Source: the human T2T-CHM13v2.0 reference genome, Homo sapiens
Assembly (NCBI RefSeq): GCF_009914755.1
Contig: NC_060941.1
Reading direction: 5' to 3' (one strand)
DNA: 64,000 nt
Numbering within the stretch: position 1 is the first letter of the stretch; each line of letters begins with the position of its first letter. Of this stretch, positions 17,093 through 34,809 are shown one piece after another. Below the pieces are notes generated by a model. The model searched no databases and was not told where the DNA came from. It saw only the letters and a list, made by a program, of their open reading frames with translations. A program made the translations under genes and the position numbers.

Positions 17093-20000
17093 GTTAACTA
17101 ACTAAGCCAGGACTCTAAACCAGGCAGTCTGATTCATGAGTCAGCCTTCTTAACCTCTGCCTTGCAGTGAAACCCAAATTACCCAGTACTCTCTATGGGG
17201 ACGATTGACAAAGTGTTGGCCAGGGCATTGCCCTGTGATGTCCAGGCTTATGAGACATTGGTCAGAGAAGAGAGAGAGAGGGTGACAGGAACAAGGCATT
17301 AACAGCCAGGCTAGCTGTCAGCAGCATTTGATCCCAGGCAGGAGACTCTAATGGACCTCTCTGAGCAGGACACAGACAGGCTCTGTGTGGTTAGAGATGA
17401 AGGGAGGAGGAGGAGTGAGTGTTTGCGAGCTCAGCCCAAATGAGGGCTGATGTCACTTCTCCTTTGTGCATTTGTGTCCGAATTTGACATCTGATGTAAA
17501 CCGGTTGGTGCTAAATTCTGTCTTGTGTTTTCAATCTGCTGAATTGGAAGTCCCTCATGGGAGCATTTGGGTGAGCCTCAGCAACTCTGGCTCAGAAACC
17601 ACCAGATGCTTCCCAGAGAAAGTTGTTTGGCTGCCAGTACCCACTGCCATACTTGCCTCTTCACACTACTACATCTCCTTCTTTCCTTGGCTCTGATGGG
17701 CCAACACATATTGTAGGGCAAGTCTGTGTCATAGGCCCTGGGAAGGATGCTCTCGATTGGTAAGATTTGAAGGTGAAAGTTACTGGCCATGAAACAGAAT
17801 GAAGACCATAAGACGATGGAAGCTCGGACTCCAGTTACTGGGCTCTAATGAAGCGTGGCGTCATGAATTTTAGTAAAAACAAGGCCAGGGGTTGATATGT
17901 TGCTTCTTCATGCATGGCTCTTTCCCTGAAACCACAGCTCTCCTCCAGTTGTTTCTGAAGTGCCAGGCACTTTTTTCACTGGGGCTGCTGAAAACGAATC
18001 CGAAACTGATTTGAGGAGCGTCTCCTCCCCTGCTGGGGCTCCTGTGCCTAAGGTTTCAGGTGGTTGGGCATGCCTTCTCTGAGTGTTCTCCGTCAGACAG
18101 GCTGCCTGGCCCTAGAGACTTGCCACATGCTTTCTGAGCCACAAATATTTTACACCATGAGTTCCCAGCTGCTGCCCTTCCCCCCGCTTCCATTCCTTTC
18201 CACCTCTTCCTCATTCCTAATCCCACACCTTAAAATCCCTTTAGCCACTGTCACCTTACCTTGTCCCTTTCTCATGTGGACCTCTCTCTGGAAGTTCCAA
18301 ATCTGGGAAGCCTGAATGCACCTCTAGCTTCAACCTGCTTGGCAAAGGAAAGTGAAATGAACATCTTCGAATGTTTCCTACATGGCAGAGGTTGTTTGCA
18401 GTGCCTTACTTAACATTATTTCATACAAATCTCATGACAATTTGAAAAGGAAATGTTTATCCTCAAAGGTCCTGAGGCTACTAAGGCCTAGATTAGAAAG
18501 TGGCAAAACCAGGCTTCAGACCCATCACTGTCTACCTCCAGAGTCCACAGTATTTGCGTGATTTTGGATGTCTCCGGAGCCCCATTCGGCTTTCCCAGCT
18601 TTCTAACCTCATAGCTCTGTTCCCATGCAGACCTGATATTTTGCTTCTTAGAATTTAGAAAAGAAAGGGGAGTGGGGTGGGGGAAAAAAGGAAAAGAAGA
18701 AAAGGAAAGAACAACCTTCCAGCTTTTTCTTCTGAGGATCATACGTCTTTGTAGAATAACTACAACAATAACATAATACTAACTTGTTGTGTGTGCGTGT
18801 GTGTTTTAACTGGAAGGGGGCATGTGTCATTCAGTGATTATTTAAAAAAATTTTAAGCCATGGAACCATTAGAAAATGATACTGTTTTACATACTGGGAG
18901 CTCCAGTATGTAAAACACAGGAGTGGTGGTGACTGAAGTGATGGTGGTGGAAGGAGCTCCAAGGTCTGGCCTTTCTATGTACCCTGCAGCCAGAAGCATG
19001 TCACCCTATAAAGCAAGATAGCAAGATTGCTAGTCTCAGGATTCTGTTGAACATGGTTTGAAAGTCTCCTGATTGTTTTTCCTTTTAAAATAAGCAAGCT
19101 GAGGCCCAGAGAGAGGAAGTGGCTGGCAGAGTCAGGACTAGTGCCTGGGTCTCCCAGCTTCTATCCTGCAGCTCTTTACAGAAATCCCAGTTTGTATATT
19201 TTTGCACAAACTCCGCAGGATGCAGTCCAGGAAGGGATGCAGGTGGAGGTGGAGAAGGAGGAGGGCCTGGGCTTCCACTTTTTCTCTTTCCTCGTCACCA
19301 ACAACCTGAACTCCCAACCCCTGTGGGGAATGGGGTAGGTCAAGGAGAGGACTGACAGGGATTATAGAAGAGTGCGAGCGAAGGTACAAGGAATCAAGTT
19401 TGGTAGCCGGCAAGGAAGAGAGGTGAGGCAGAAGATGAGGGGAGGAGGTGAGGTGCACAGAGCAAAGGAGCCACCATCCCAGCTCAGGACCAGGGCTGGG
19501 CTAGAATCTGGGCCCTGGTCTCGTTCTAGTATTCCCTTGAGCAAGTCCTGGCCCTTTTTCCTGCCCGTTTCCTTTGAGGGCTTCTCTGTCACCACCAGTG
19601 AGCGTGTATAGGCTACAGGAGGAGCAGTGAAGAGCAGTGTGCTACAGAGAGCACTGCACCCCAGGAAACAGAATTAGTTGGCCCAGCTCTGCCTATAAGT
19701 AGCTGAATGTCTTGAGGCAACTTCAACGTTTCCCTGGACCTTAGATTCCTTGCCTGTAAAACAGCATGGGGCCAGATGATCTCTAAGGGTCCTTCTGGCT
19801 CTGAAGGCAATGATCTGGGGCATGGAACCTGTAGTTAGAGAGCTGGGAAATGGGCAGATGTGGGCTCCAGGGCACCCAGAATTGCAGGCTTAGGAGCTAA
19901 CAGCAACCAGGATTCTGTAGTCTAGCAATCTTGCTTTACAGGTGAGGAAACTGGGCCTAGAAAGGCGAAGTGATTTTTTTGCCTCTCTCAGCTTTATTCC

Positions 20001-20477
20001 TCTTTTCCTCTGAACTGTAGAGTCTAAAGATTCAGCACAAAGCAGTTTTGTGTAGTGGATACATAAGCTTTTTTGTTGTTATTTTTCTGAATTATTTTGT
20101 TGACTTTCAAAGTTTTTTTTACATAAACAGTAAATGCTCGTTATAAAAATTTCCATTAATACAGGAAGTGAAAAAAGTAAAAAACTGCAAATTGCTGTTA
20201 TCCTCCCACCCTTACCCCCTAGGTCCCCAGAGGTGTCTCTGTTAACAGTTCAGCGTGTATCCATCCTGACTCCTCCAATAAATGCAGAAACTTGTATGTC
20301 TCTCCCCGACAACTGGATTATCATATACATTATTCAAGCATAGGCTTTAGACTCAGACATATCTACATCTAATCCCAGCTTATAGCTAATTATTTGAGTG
20401 ACCTTGGCCAAGTTGTTCATCCAGTTTTAGTCTCAATCTCCCCATGTGTAAAATGAAAATAATAATAGTATCTACCT

Positions 20478-20814
<337 letters not shown>

Positions 20815-20893
20815 TTATAGGATCATGGTGAAGATTTAATGAGATTTTATATGAATAGCACTTAACAGTTCCTGGTACTGATAGTAGTAAGCA

Positions 20894-20895
<2 letters not shown>

Positions 20896-20932
<37 letters not shown>
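20896..20932. repeat. (AC)18 microsatellite ~0.8 kb upstream of the MYL4 promoter
   Basis: Uninterrupted AC run. Confidence 0.97.
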
Positions 20933-20935
<3 letters not shown>

Positions 20936-21334
20936 CACAGAATGAGTTAGAGGTAAAGTGAAAACTAAACCCCAAGTTTTCTGACCCTCAGTCTCCTCGA
21001 CTTTCTACCACATCTCTCTGCTTCTCTCCTAGGTGCCTAGGCATGGGTTCAGTGCTCACTACTTGTTGAATGAATGACTGAGGTTGTGTGTAAGGGGGTA
21101 GATCTAGGGATCTGAGGTCTGTGGAGTTCCTGGGATGCCTGCTCTGGAAAATGGAGGCTTTCATCCTGTGAGTTGGGAGGGTGTGGGGCAGTGTGGGTTG
21201 GCTGGACCAGCTGTTGCTTCAGAGCTCCATGCCTGGAGAGTTGGGCCTCTAGGCAGAGCTGAGGGCCCAGAGTGGCTCTCAGCTTAAAGGATCTTGGCTT
21301 AGAAGGAATGTGCAGTGGGCTGCCTCTGCTCGGG

Positions 21335-21924
<590 letters not shown>

Positions 21925-24296
21925 TAGAGGTGGGGATGACATTGAGAGTCCTTTTGCTCTGGAGCTTAGCGATCTACTTTATGTGGGCTGGACTGGGATG
22001 AGGACTAGGGTGTCCATGCCCCAGATCGCAGTCCCATGGGGCAGTGGAGTGGGTGTTGGGGCTGATGAGGGGGAGATTGAGTCATAAACCTTTTCCGTCA
22101 AGAATGAGGTGCTGCTTTGAGGGAGCCCTGTCCTGCTACCCTAGATTTGTGCAGCTAAGTTGGGAATGGGGGGAGGTACAACCAACCATCCATCCACCCT
22201 TTTATAAGGCATTATGAGGACCACCATAGCAAAGTAAAACAGACTAGCCTTTTCCTAGGAGGTAGTGGGATATCTTTATGGAGAACAGACAGATCATGGC
22301 AGCTGCCAGTGTAACTTGGAGTAAGTGATATAAACAGTCAGGGAATATCCTCCCTGTGCATGGCAGTTTGGGAAAGGCTTCACTCACAAACACTCTTACG
22401 GCAGGTGAGGGCAGGGTGGGAAGGAGGTTGTGGTTAAGGTAAGAGGAGCCCGGATTCCTCTCTCTCTTTCCTTACCCAGACGGGCCTTTCCTTCTGTGGC
22501 CTTAGCCTGGGTTCCTATCTGTAGCATGCAGAGGACTGGCCCACCCTGGGCTGAGACCCTCTCTCCAACCGGGTCAGGAAGCTGGGCCTGGTTCCTTTGC
22601 CCCACCCTGCTCTCCTCACACAAAACATTCCTCTCCCTGGAGCTGGTGTGGGCCCTGCATGCTGACTCAGTCATTTTAGACCTCCCAGCTCTCTGGCCCA
22701 GCTGCTGAAGGAATGGAACTGGTGGGAGAGGGGTGGGCTGAAGAGGGAGGGGGCCAGAGACCTCTGAAGAGGAGCAGTTTTAAGCCTTGGCACCAGAGTG
22801 GAAAAGGTCAAGTGGCTACTGGTATGAAGAGCTATTAATAACAGGTTGGGAGTGCTGAGCCCCCAGGGATCTCAGCCTTAGGACAGGGCTGGGGGTGGTG
22901 AGGGATCAGGTCAAAATAAGAGCACAGGACAAGGTTCTGTGACAAGCAGGCAGGGAAATTAAAACCCAGAGCTCTAATTGTATGACCTCCCTGCCCTCTG
23001 AGAATTCCTCTCATACCCACAGCCGGGATAACCCTACAAGTATTATGCCAAAGACCCAGTCCCCGCAAGGGACAGGAGTTAAGGTGGAACTGCTTAGCCA
23101 AGAGATGGAGGCAATTGTCCCTTTTCTGAGCTTGGTTATGGCTCACTCTGGGGAAACTGAGGCTACTGTAGGACCCTGAAAACACCTGCAGGTTTTCTAG
23201 GTCATACATCACTCCATTTACAAGCTGAGCCTGGCAGGAAAAGCTGACTATTTCACCCTTCAGGATCCCTCCTCGCCTTTATTTCTGATTTGTTCCCATA
23301 AAGCACTGTGCCTTTGGGTGGGTTGCCAGGCCTTGTCCCTGGTGTCTGGGCAACAGCTGCCTAGTGGCATCAAACTGGTGTCCTTCCCTTGGCCTGTCAC
23401 TTCTTTCATTCACTCTCCTCTCTCAATTTCTCACCCGTGAGAAATTGCACCCCTGGTTGCAATCCTCTTTTCCATATCTGCATCTTCATGGGGGTTGTTG
23501 AAGTTGCTTTGAAGTAGAAAAAAAATAGGTATCTTTTATGAGAGACATTTTCCCTATTATTGTGTTATACTTACCCAGTTCCTTTGATTAGAAGGTTCTT
23601 TACTCCAAGACAGAAGAGAAGCCAGATGAGGTGATTCATGTTTATAATCCCAGCCCTTTGGGAGGCTGAGGCGGGAGGGTAATTTGAGGCCAGGCATTTG
23701 AGTCCAGCCTGGGCAACATGGCAAGATCCTTGTCTCTACAAATAAATAAATAAATTATAAAAAAGATTCGAAGATAGAACAGAAGCAAACTTAAGCCCAG
23801 TGTGTGTAGTTATGACCACGTCTATTGAGATTTTAAGTTTTTACATTAATTGCTCTTACATGTTTATTCCTGGTTCTTAAAGCATTGTAAAGTAAGGCAA
23901 ACTGTGCCTTTTCCTCAGAGAGTGAATGCAGAGCATCCTTCACCCCATCTAGGGGGTTCCTTTAACTTTCTGACCACCCCCTACTTTTGGCAGTCTATTC
24001 CTAGCCACAACTAGTTTTCTTTCCAACCCAGTTAACTCCCCACTGCCCCAACCTATCCCCAGCTCATGGCTGCCATATCTGGATCCTCATGAATGGAGGT
24101 CAGTTCTCGGAGATGAGACAGGATGGGCACAGCACAAGCAGCAGCAGAATTAGGACTAGGAATGACGGCACTTGAAGAAGAGGCTCCAGGATTGGAACCA
24201 CCACCAGTGGAGAGGGGATGGGATGGGATGGGGTGGGGTGGGGTGCATAAGGACCACGAGGTAACATACAAGATCTTAAATCAAAATGATGACTTG

Positions 24297-24598
<302 letters not shown>

Positions 24599-24884
24599 AT
24601 GATGACTTATGCTTGGCCATTGTCATTCACTCTCCTCTTCTGTACTCAGCATTAAATTACTATGCATTATATGGGGGAAATCTAAAATGTATTACTTCAT
24701 TCAACAAATGTTTTTCAGTGCCTACTATGTACTGAGCATTTCAGTGAACAATAACAAGAATCCTTGCCTGAGGGAGCAGTGGCTTCAAGGAGACAGAGTG
24801 CACGTAAAGGCATGACTGGAAACAATTAGGAAGCGTGGAGGGCCCATGCCAATTGCTCTTGCTGTCCCAGAGTGCCTAAGAGTG

Positions 24885-25296
24885 TGTCAGAAGACAAAAT
24901 TAGAAGGCATTTTAGTTTAAAGATCTGAATTGGCTTTTATGTTTGAGTCTAGAATCTGGCAACAATGAGCCGAGCAGAGGAGGTGGTATTATAGACAAAG
25001 AAAGGCTGAGGTAAGCAGAAATGAGAGCAAAATGCAAATTGTTCATTGCAAAGTTACTTTTCTTGTAAAGGTTAAAGCAGATGGCACTTTCTTATCAAGC
25101 TGGCTGAAACTGTCATGTTTGGGGATTTGGCTATTATCTCTTATTTTCCTGATTTCTTGGAAAATCAGATGAACAACTTAGTTTCAGCTTGGTGACATGG
25201 AATTTCAGCATGAGTGAATCTATTTTGGTTTGGTCTGTTGGTCCTAGTGTAGGAGCTCAGTACAAACCAACGGCCTCTTATAAATTGTACTTAACG
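24885..25296 (-). mobile_element. ERV1-class solo LTR (MER57/MER93-like; family uncertain)
   Basis: Reverse strand contains GTACTGAGCTCCTACACTAGGACCAACAGACCAAACCAAAAT, typical of MER4-group LTR 5' ends. Confidence 0.55.
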
Positions 25297-25657
25297 AGGG
25301 ATATGTGCTGAAGGAGGGGTTGGAGTGGGATGCGGTGTGGGAAGCCTTCATTGAAGGGAGTGGATTTAAAATCAGAATCAAATAGAAAGAGCAGTCCGAG
25401 TGTGGGGAGTGGTGGTGCCCAAAGAGGGCAGAAGTGCAGCTTGTCAGAGGACTATGGACTAGGAAGAGATTGAAGGGGCAACAGTGAGGGCAGTTTGTGG
25501 GTGGCTAGGATGAAGAATTTACCTCAGACCCGGAGGCATTACAATAGGCAGTCCGTGTACGTTCTAGAATTATCCAGGGAATTTTTCTTTCCCTTTCGCT
25601 CTTACCTGGAGCCATCACTTAATAAGCGGTATTGAGAGAGCTTTGGAGTCTGCATTA

Positions 25658-25949
25658 CAGTTGTCCCTCGTTATCTGTAGGGGATTAGTTCCAGGACCCC
25701 CACGGATACCAAAATCTGAGGATGCTCAAGTCTCCTATATAAAGTTTGCATATTTGCATATAATCTACACACAACCTCCTGTATAATTTAAATCATCTCT
25801 AGGTTACTTATAATACCTAGTACAATGTGAATACTATGTGATAGTTGTTATGTATTTTTTGTATTATATTTTATTTTCGTGTGGTTATTTATTGTTTTCT
25901 GAATATTTTCAATCCAGAGTTGGTTGAACCTGGGGAGGAGGGCCGACGG
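25658..25949 (+). mobile_element. MER2 (Tigger-type) DNA transposon
   Basis: TA-flanked TIRs CAGTTGTCCCTCG...GAGGGCCGACGG; internal GGATACCAAAATC..GGATGCTCAAGTC. Confidence 0.8.
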
Positions 25950-26151
25950 TATTTTATAGCCTGTCAGTTGTGGCTCATTCATCAGGAGACTTGTGTTTTA
26001 CCCTTAGCACAAGTCACCTTCCCTGCTTATCAGTGGCCTGCTGGAGGTGGCCATACTGCATTGGAAGCCACTTCTGCTTCTACTTCCCTTTGGGGGCCTT
26101 TACAACTGCTTTTAGCAATCCAAGCCCTCACTACTATTTCCCTCCCTACAG

Positions 26152-26179
26152 ATAGACTTCACTGCCGACCAGATTGAAG
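26152..26179 (+). CDS. MYL4: MYL4 coding exon 2 (28 nt, IDFTADQIE)
   Basis: Acceptor CCCTACAG|, donor GAAG|GTGAGT; the frame joins exons 1 and 3. Confidence 0.96.
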
Positions 26180-26224
26180 GTGAGTATGGACAACCCCACC
26201 TCTCCGTCTCTATTGCACTTTCCT

Positions 26225-26258
26225 GGAGGAGGAGGAGGAGGAGGAAGAAGAGGAGGAG
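26225..26258 (+). repeat. (GGA)n/(GAA) purine triplet repeat
   Basis: Seen directly. Confidence 0.9.
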
Positions 26259-28125
26259 TAGTTGTCCTCATGGTAATAGTAATCACTGTCATCATCATAG
26301 CAAACCTATATTGAGCATCTACCATGTGTCAGGCATAGTCCTAGGCACTTTATATGGATTAACTCCTTTAATTCTCATAACAACACCATGAGGTAGAAAT
26401 TGTTACCTCCCCCATTTTACAAGTGATAAACTGAGACACATAGAGATTGGGTGACTTGCCCAGTCTCACATGGCAGTCAGCAGTAGAGCTAAGATTCAAA
26501 CTCAGGCAATCTGATTCCAGATCTGTTTCCTCAACTACTCTGCCAGACTGCTTGGAGCATAGTAGATGCTTAACAAAAGTTAGTGCCTTTTTTTCTTGGC
26601 CCCAAAGATCTATCTAAGATATTTGGAAGCCCTCATTTCTGTTCCCATTATTGGAAAGCCCTCCTTAGTTTACCAGCTTCCCCTCTTCCCACCATGAAGT
26701 CTGCCAATATGCTAACCCACTAATGGTGGCAGGGCCAATGAAATGTTTTATCATGTGATGCTCTGTGTCCCCAGCTGTAAAGCAGGACTCAATGTCATTG
26801 CAGCGTATCCCTCTGTTTCCTCCACCAAACGCCTCTAGGACATAAAATTATAGGAATTGGAAGGGACCTTGAAAAATCACCTAATCCAACCCCCTCATTT
26901 TAAGCACATACTCTCTTTTAAAACTTAAATGAATATTTGCACATGGTAAAACAAAAAAGCAAAAAAGCACACACATATTACTTAAAAGTAAATAATAAAA
27001 AATAAAAATCCTTTTTTTCCATGCTGATTCCTCTCCCAAAGACAACCACTGTGAACAGGTGTTTATGTATCCTTTCAGAAAAATATATAATGATACACAA
27101 GTTTGTGTGTATGTATGAGTGTATACAGTTTATACAAATCAAGCCGTGTGATACACACTGTCCACCTTTTATTAAATATATACTTGGATTTAATAATATA
27201 CAGTATTTGGATATCTTTTCAAAATTAACACAAACAGTTCTACCTCATTCTTTTAAACAATTATATAGACTCTCACACACAGATGTACCCTTTTAATTTA
27301 ATCAAGACTATATTGATAGGCTTTCAGATTGTTTCCGGTGGGAGGATATCAGCTTTCTTTCGCCTGTGGCCTTCCTAGCAGGGTTTAAAGGATGGTGCAT
27401 TTTAAATTATAATGGTTATTGCCAGGTTGCTCTCCAAAAAAGTGACACCAGTTTACCCACAAATGGAGCATGAGAGCTGGCATATGCATTTTGAAACTAG
27501 TGAATTGAGCCTGACTCTGTTTTCATAATACTCAGTGGATACTCACTTGCAGCATTAATTTCAATGCATTTTAGTTAAATATATACTTACGTGGATATAG
27601 AAACACAATGACACTAGTGAGGACTGGAAAATCAACTAATGATTTAAAATTTTAATTTCCCAAATGGCCAACTGGAACAGATGGTTATCTCTTCTCTCCT
27701 GAAGACTTTCAGGGCTGATGGGGAGGGGACAACTCATTCTGATCTTTTATCCCTCTGACTTTGAAGACATTTTTCCTTCTGTTGAATCAGAATTGTTTTT
27801 CCTTTAATTTTACCCCAGCGATCTTTTCATTTGTTTTTTGGTGAAGATTATAATGGTTTTCTCATTGTCATCTTGGTTATGGTGGAAAGAACATAATTTG
27901 GAATTAGGAGACTTTCGTATTAGCCCTAATTCTTCCATTATTGGCCATGAGACTTCGGACAAGTCACTTCTTTAAATCTTAATTTTCTTATCCACAAAGT
28001 GAGGGTATTTGGGTTTCAATTCAGAAATTCTAGTCCATTCAGCATCCTCTAGATATCCTCCATCTATTTGGAGATAGTTTTCAAATCCCTCCTAAGATTT
28101 ATATTCTCTAGGTGATATGCCTCAA

Positions 28126-31167
<3,042 letters not shown>

Positions 31168-32236
31168 ATCAATGAAGAGTTAAGGTTCTTTGAAAAAGGG
31201 ACCAGGAGTGCCTTCCTTTGGTCTTGCTGCAGGGATACTTGCCCTGCTGCCTTCAAGGAGTCCAGTCCCTGTGGTTCTGAGCTGGTAAGTAGGAAAGAGA
31301 ACTAGGAAACAGCTGTAACCACAATTTGTCGATTCCCTTACCATATGCTGAACATTGCTTGGCGTGCTTTGTGATCCCACCTGCAACCCACTCAAGTGAT
31401 CATTGTATCTCCACTTAGAGCTAGGAAAATGAGGGCCCACAGGGGTTAATAGTTTGCCCAAGGCTGTATGCGAGTCCATGGCAGAGCTGGGGTGGTCTGA
31501 CCATTGCCTTATCTGGCCTGGGGGCCGCCTTTCAGCCTGGAACAGGCAGTACTGATAACAGCTGACTTTCCAGCGGTCTTATCACTTTGTAAAGTGCTTC
31601 CGCACACTGCGACCTCCCTTTGCTCTCACAGTGACAGGCCCAGGGAGTGGGGTGTAGTTGTCACTCCCTTTGTGTGCACATGAAGCTGAGACCCAGCCCA
31701 GCTTATCCTGCACTCTGAGGCAGAGCCAAGATGAGAATTTAGGAATCCTCACTTCTGGGCCAGTGCTGTTTTCACTTGTCTGTCATTTCAGGAGTCAGGA
31801 ACCTCACCTACACCAGAGCGGGATGTGTGGGTGGGAGGGGTGGAGGCCAGGGAGACATCTGAATTTTTTTTTTGTTTCAAGATGGAGTTTCACTCTGTCA
31901 CCCAGGCTGGAGTGCAGTGGTGCGATCTTGGCTGACTGCAACCTCTGCCTCCCGAGCTCAAGCGATTCTCGGGCCGCAGCCTCCCAACATTGGAATTTTA
32001 TAACAACGAAGCAATAGAAGAGATCCCAGTCCCAGCCCTGGAATGGGTCGTGGAGGCACCAGGCTGCTTCTTTGGTTGACAGAAGATGGGATGAGGACGG
32101 GTTCGAGGGACGGCCTGGGATAATGGACAAAGCGAAATATTGGGATATTTTAACAACCACACTCACCTGCTATTCAGCTTGGGTGGAGGCTGATTGGCCA
32201 CCAGCCACCACCTTCACTGGGGATTGGAAGGTATAG

Positions 32237-32512
<276 letters not shown>

Positions 32513-32993
32513 TAGCCCCTCAGGACCAGCCTCACCTACCCAGCTTACCCTAGTCCCATTTTGAGAATTTATCTAGACGTCCCCGTACTTAAGTGACCCT
32601 TGAGGAATGTAGCCTGGGCTTGTTTCCCTCACGAGGTTGGGAGCTCCTGTGGGGCATGAGCCACATTCTGTTGCCTCAGTGTCTGAGGAAGGCTGAGTGG
32701 GAATCTGGAAATCTGATAACTGATGGTTCCCACTCCCCAGCCCAGGAGCTCTCAGGAGGGGCATCTGTCACAGCACCGAGGTATCCTGTGGTGGCCATCG
32801 CGAGCTGTATTACAAACAATTTGTTTCTAATAATGGTTAGAGTACTGACGTTTGCAAATTGTTTGGTATAAATTAGAGCAGCTTCAAGATTCTTAGCTGT
32901 ACGTGCTGCCTCTTTCATTCATTTGCATTTCAATAGGTTTTGGTGAGTGAGTGTTTAGAATGGTGAGTAAGTGTTTAGAAAGTGGTGCAAACG

Positions 32994-33070
32994 ATTCTTT
33001 TGTGGCTCCTAAGTGTGATCATTGAGTGTTCATACTCATGTGAGCTGTGCCTCTGTCAATCATTACGGCA
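32994..33070 (+). pseudogene. U13 (SNORD13) snoRNA-derived copy, degenerate
   Basis: ATTCTTTTGTGGCTCCTAAGTGTGATCATTGAGTGTTCATAC..TGTGAGCTGTGCC aligns with recalled U13 ATCCTTTTGTAGTTCATGAGCGTGATGATTGGGTGTTCATAC..TGTGAGATGTGCC. Confidence 0.8.
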
Positions 33071-33957
33071 GATGAGAAGAGGTGTGAGGGAGTGTGTCCT
33101 GTTTGTGAATGTTGTCTGTCATGTGTGCCAGTCAAGTTAACAGCTGCTCTAAAACACACACACATGCTTCTCCTCAGTGGTGTTGGCACGGGGTTTGGGG
33201 TGGGGTGAGCCTCTCAGCAAGGGTGGTCTGTCTCTGGAGGCTTCCTGGGCCCCATAGTGGTTTCCTCCCCATCCCTTGGTTCTGGCCCGTCCCCCTTCTC
33301 CTCTGGCTGAAGGTAACCGCGGGGGTGAAGGATGTGGGCAGGAAAGGACCAGAGGGCTAGGGGCTTGCATCTCAGAAGTCAGAAGCAAGTCCTGTGTGCT
33401 TATAAAAGAAAGAAATGCCCACATTTGTGATATTTAAAAATAGTTTGCCTCTATTAAATTAAAGCCTTTTAAATACACTACCATGTGGGAGAAGTATGCT
33501 ATTCACAAGAGAACTGTGAATTTATAAGAATTATTGATTCAGAGTAGCTTCAAGCTGTGTGGTCTAGTGATGGGACCCCATGCAGAGTGATGCAAACGTT
33601 GCTTTTTTCAATCCTGTTGGTTTGCCCCTGTGATTATAGGTCTGTCACGTCAAGGGTCTAAACTGAGTGTGAGGCCCGGGCCGCGTGGCACTTCAGACCC
33701 CTCACATCCTGCTGCTGCCACCCTCAGCTCCTCCGCTTGGCTGGCCACCTGGTGCTTAGAGGTCTGGGTGGAGGGCTCCTTTTTCCTTCCATCCTACTGC
33801 TTTCACTGAGAAAAGAGGGCCCCTGAGACCATCTCCCCAGCTCCCAGTCCCCTACCTTGCTTGGATGGGAAGCTCTGTGTCCTCTAGGAGCACTAATGGG
33901 TGTACCACCCAGAATTGGCTGCAGCCCAAGCCCTGGGTGCTGTCAGACTTGGGGTGA

Positions 33958-34227
<270 letters not shown>

Positions 34228-34731
34228 TGAAGACCAAGTGGGAGGAATGGAGGGGTGGGAGGTGCCAAGGTGACATATGCTGGTTGGGTGGGGGGTGGTA
34301 TACAAGGGTCTTTGCATCCTGAGGATAATGACCTGATCCAGGCCCTGTCTCCCTGGGCTCTGCAAGAACAACCATTCCCAGTTGGGTTTGCTCAGCAGGT
34401 ACCAGGGTTTGGGAGAGGAGGGGAGAGCAGGTTGGCAGAGCAGGGCTTACTACTGAGGCCTGAGAGGTGGGACTCAGGGCTTCTGTCCTTGTCTTTGCCT
34501 GAAACACTGAGGCTCTGGAAGCTGTAAGGCAGAGGGGGAGGCTTCGGAGACTAGGCAAGACCTTTAGACCCTTGGCCGCACCCTTCAGAACCTCTGGGAG
34601 AGGCTTGGTTTGAACCACCTCCCAGATCCAGGCAGTCTTGGACCTTCACACTTAAGGGGGTACTTGGGTATTGCCAGTTCCTCCTTTGCCATCTGTAATT
34701 AAGAGCGCACCACCTCCCAAACCCACCGCAG

Positions 34732-34809
34732 GAGAGAAGATGACTGAGGCTGAAGTGGAGCAGCTGTTAGCTGGGCAAGAGGATGCCAATGGCTGCATCA
34801 ATTATGAAG
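34732..34809 (+). CDS. MYL4: MYL4 coding exon 5 (78 nt)
   Basis: [26 protein letters not shown]; CCGCAG| and |GTATTA. Confidence 0.98.
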
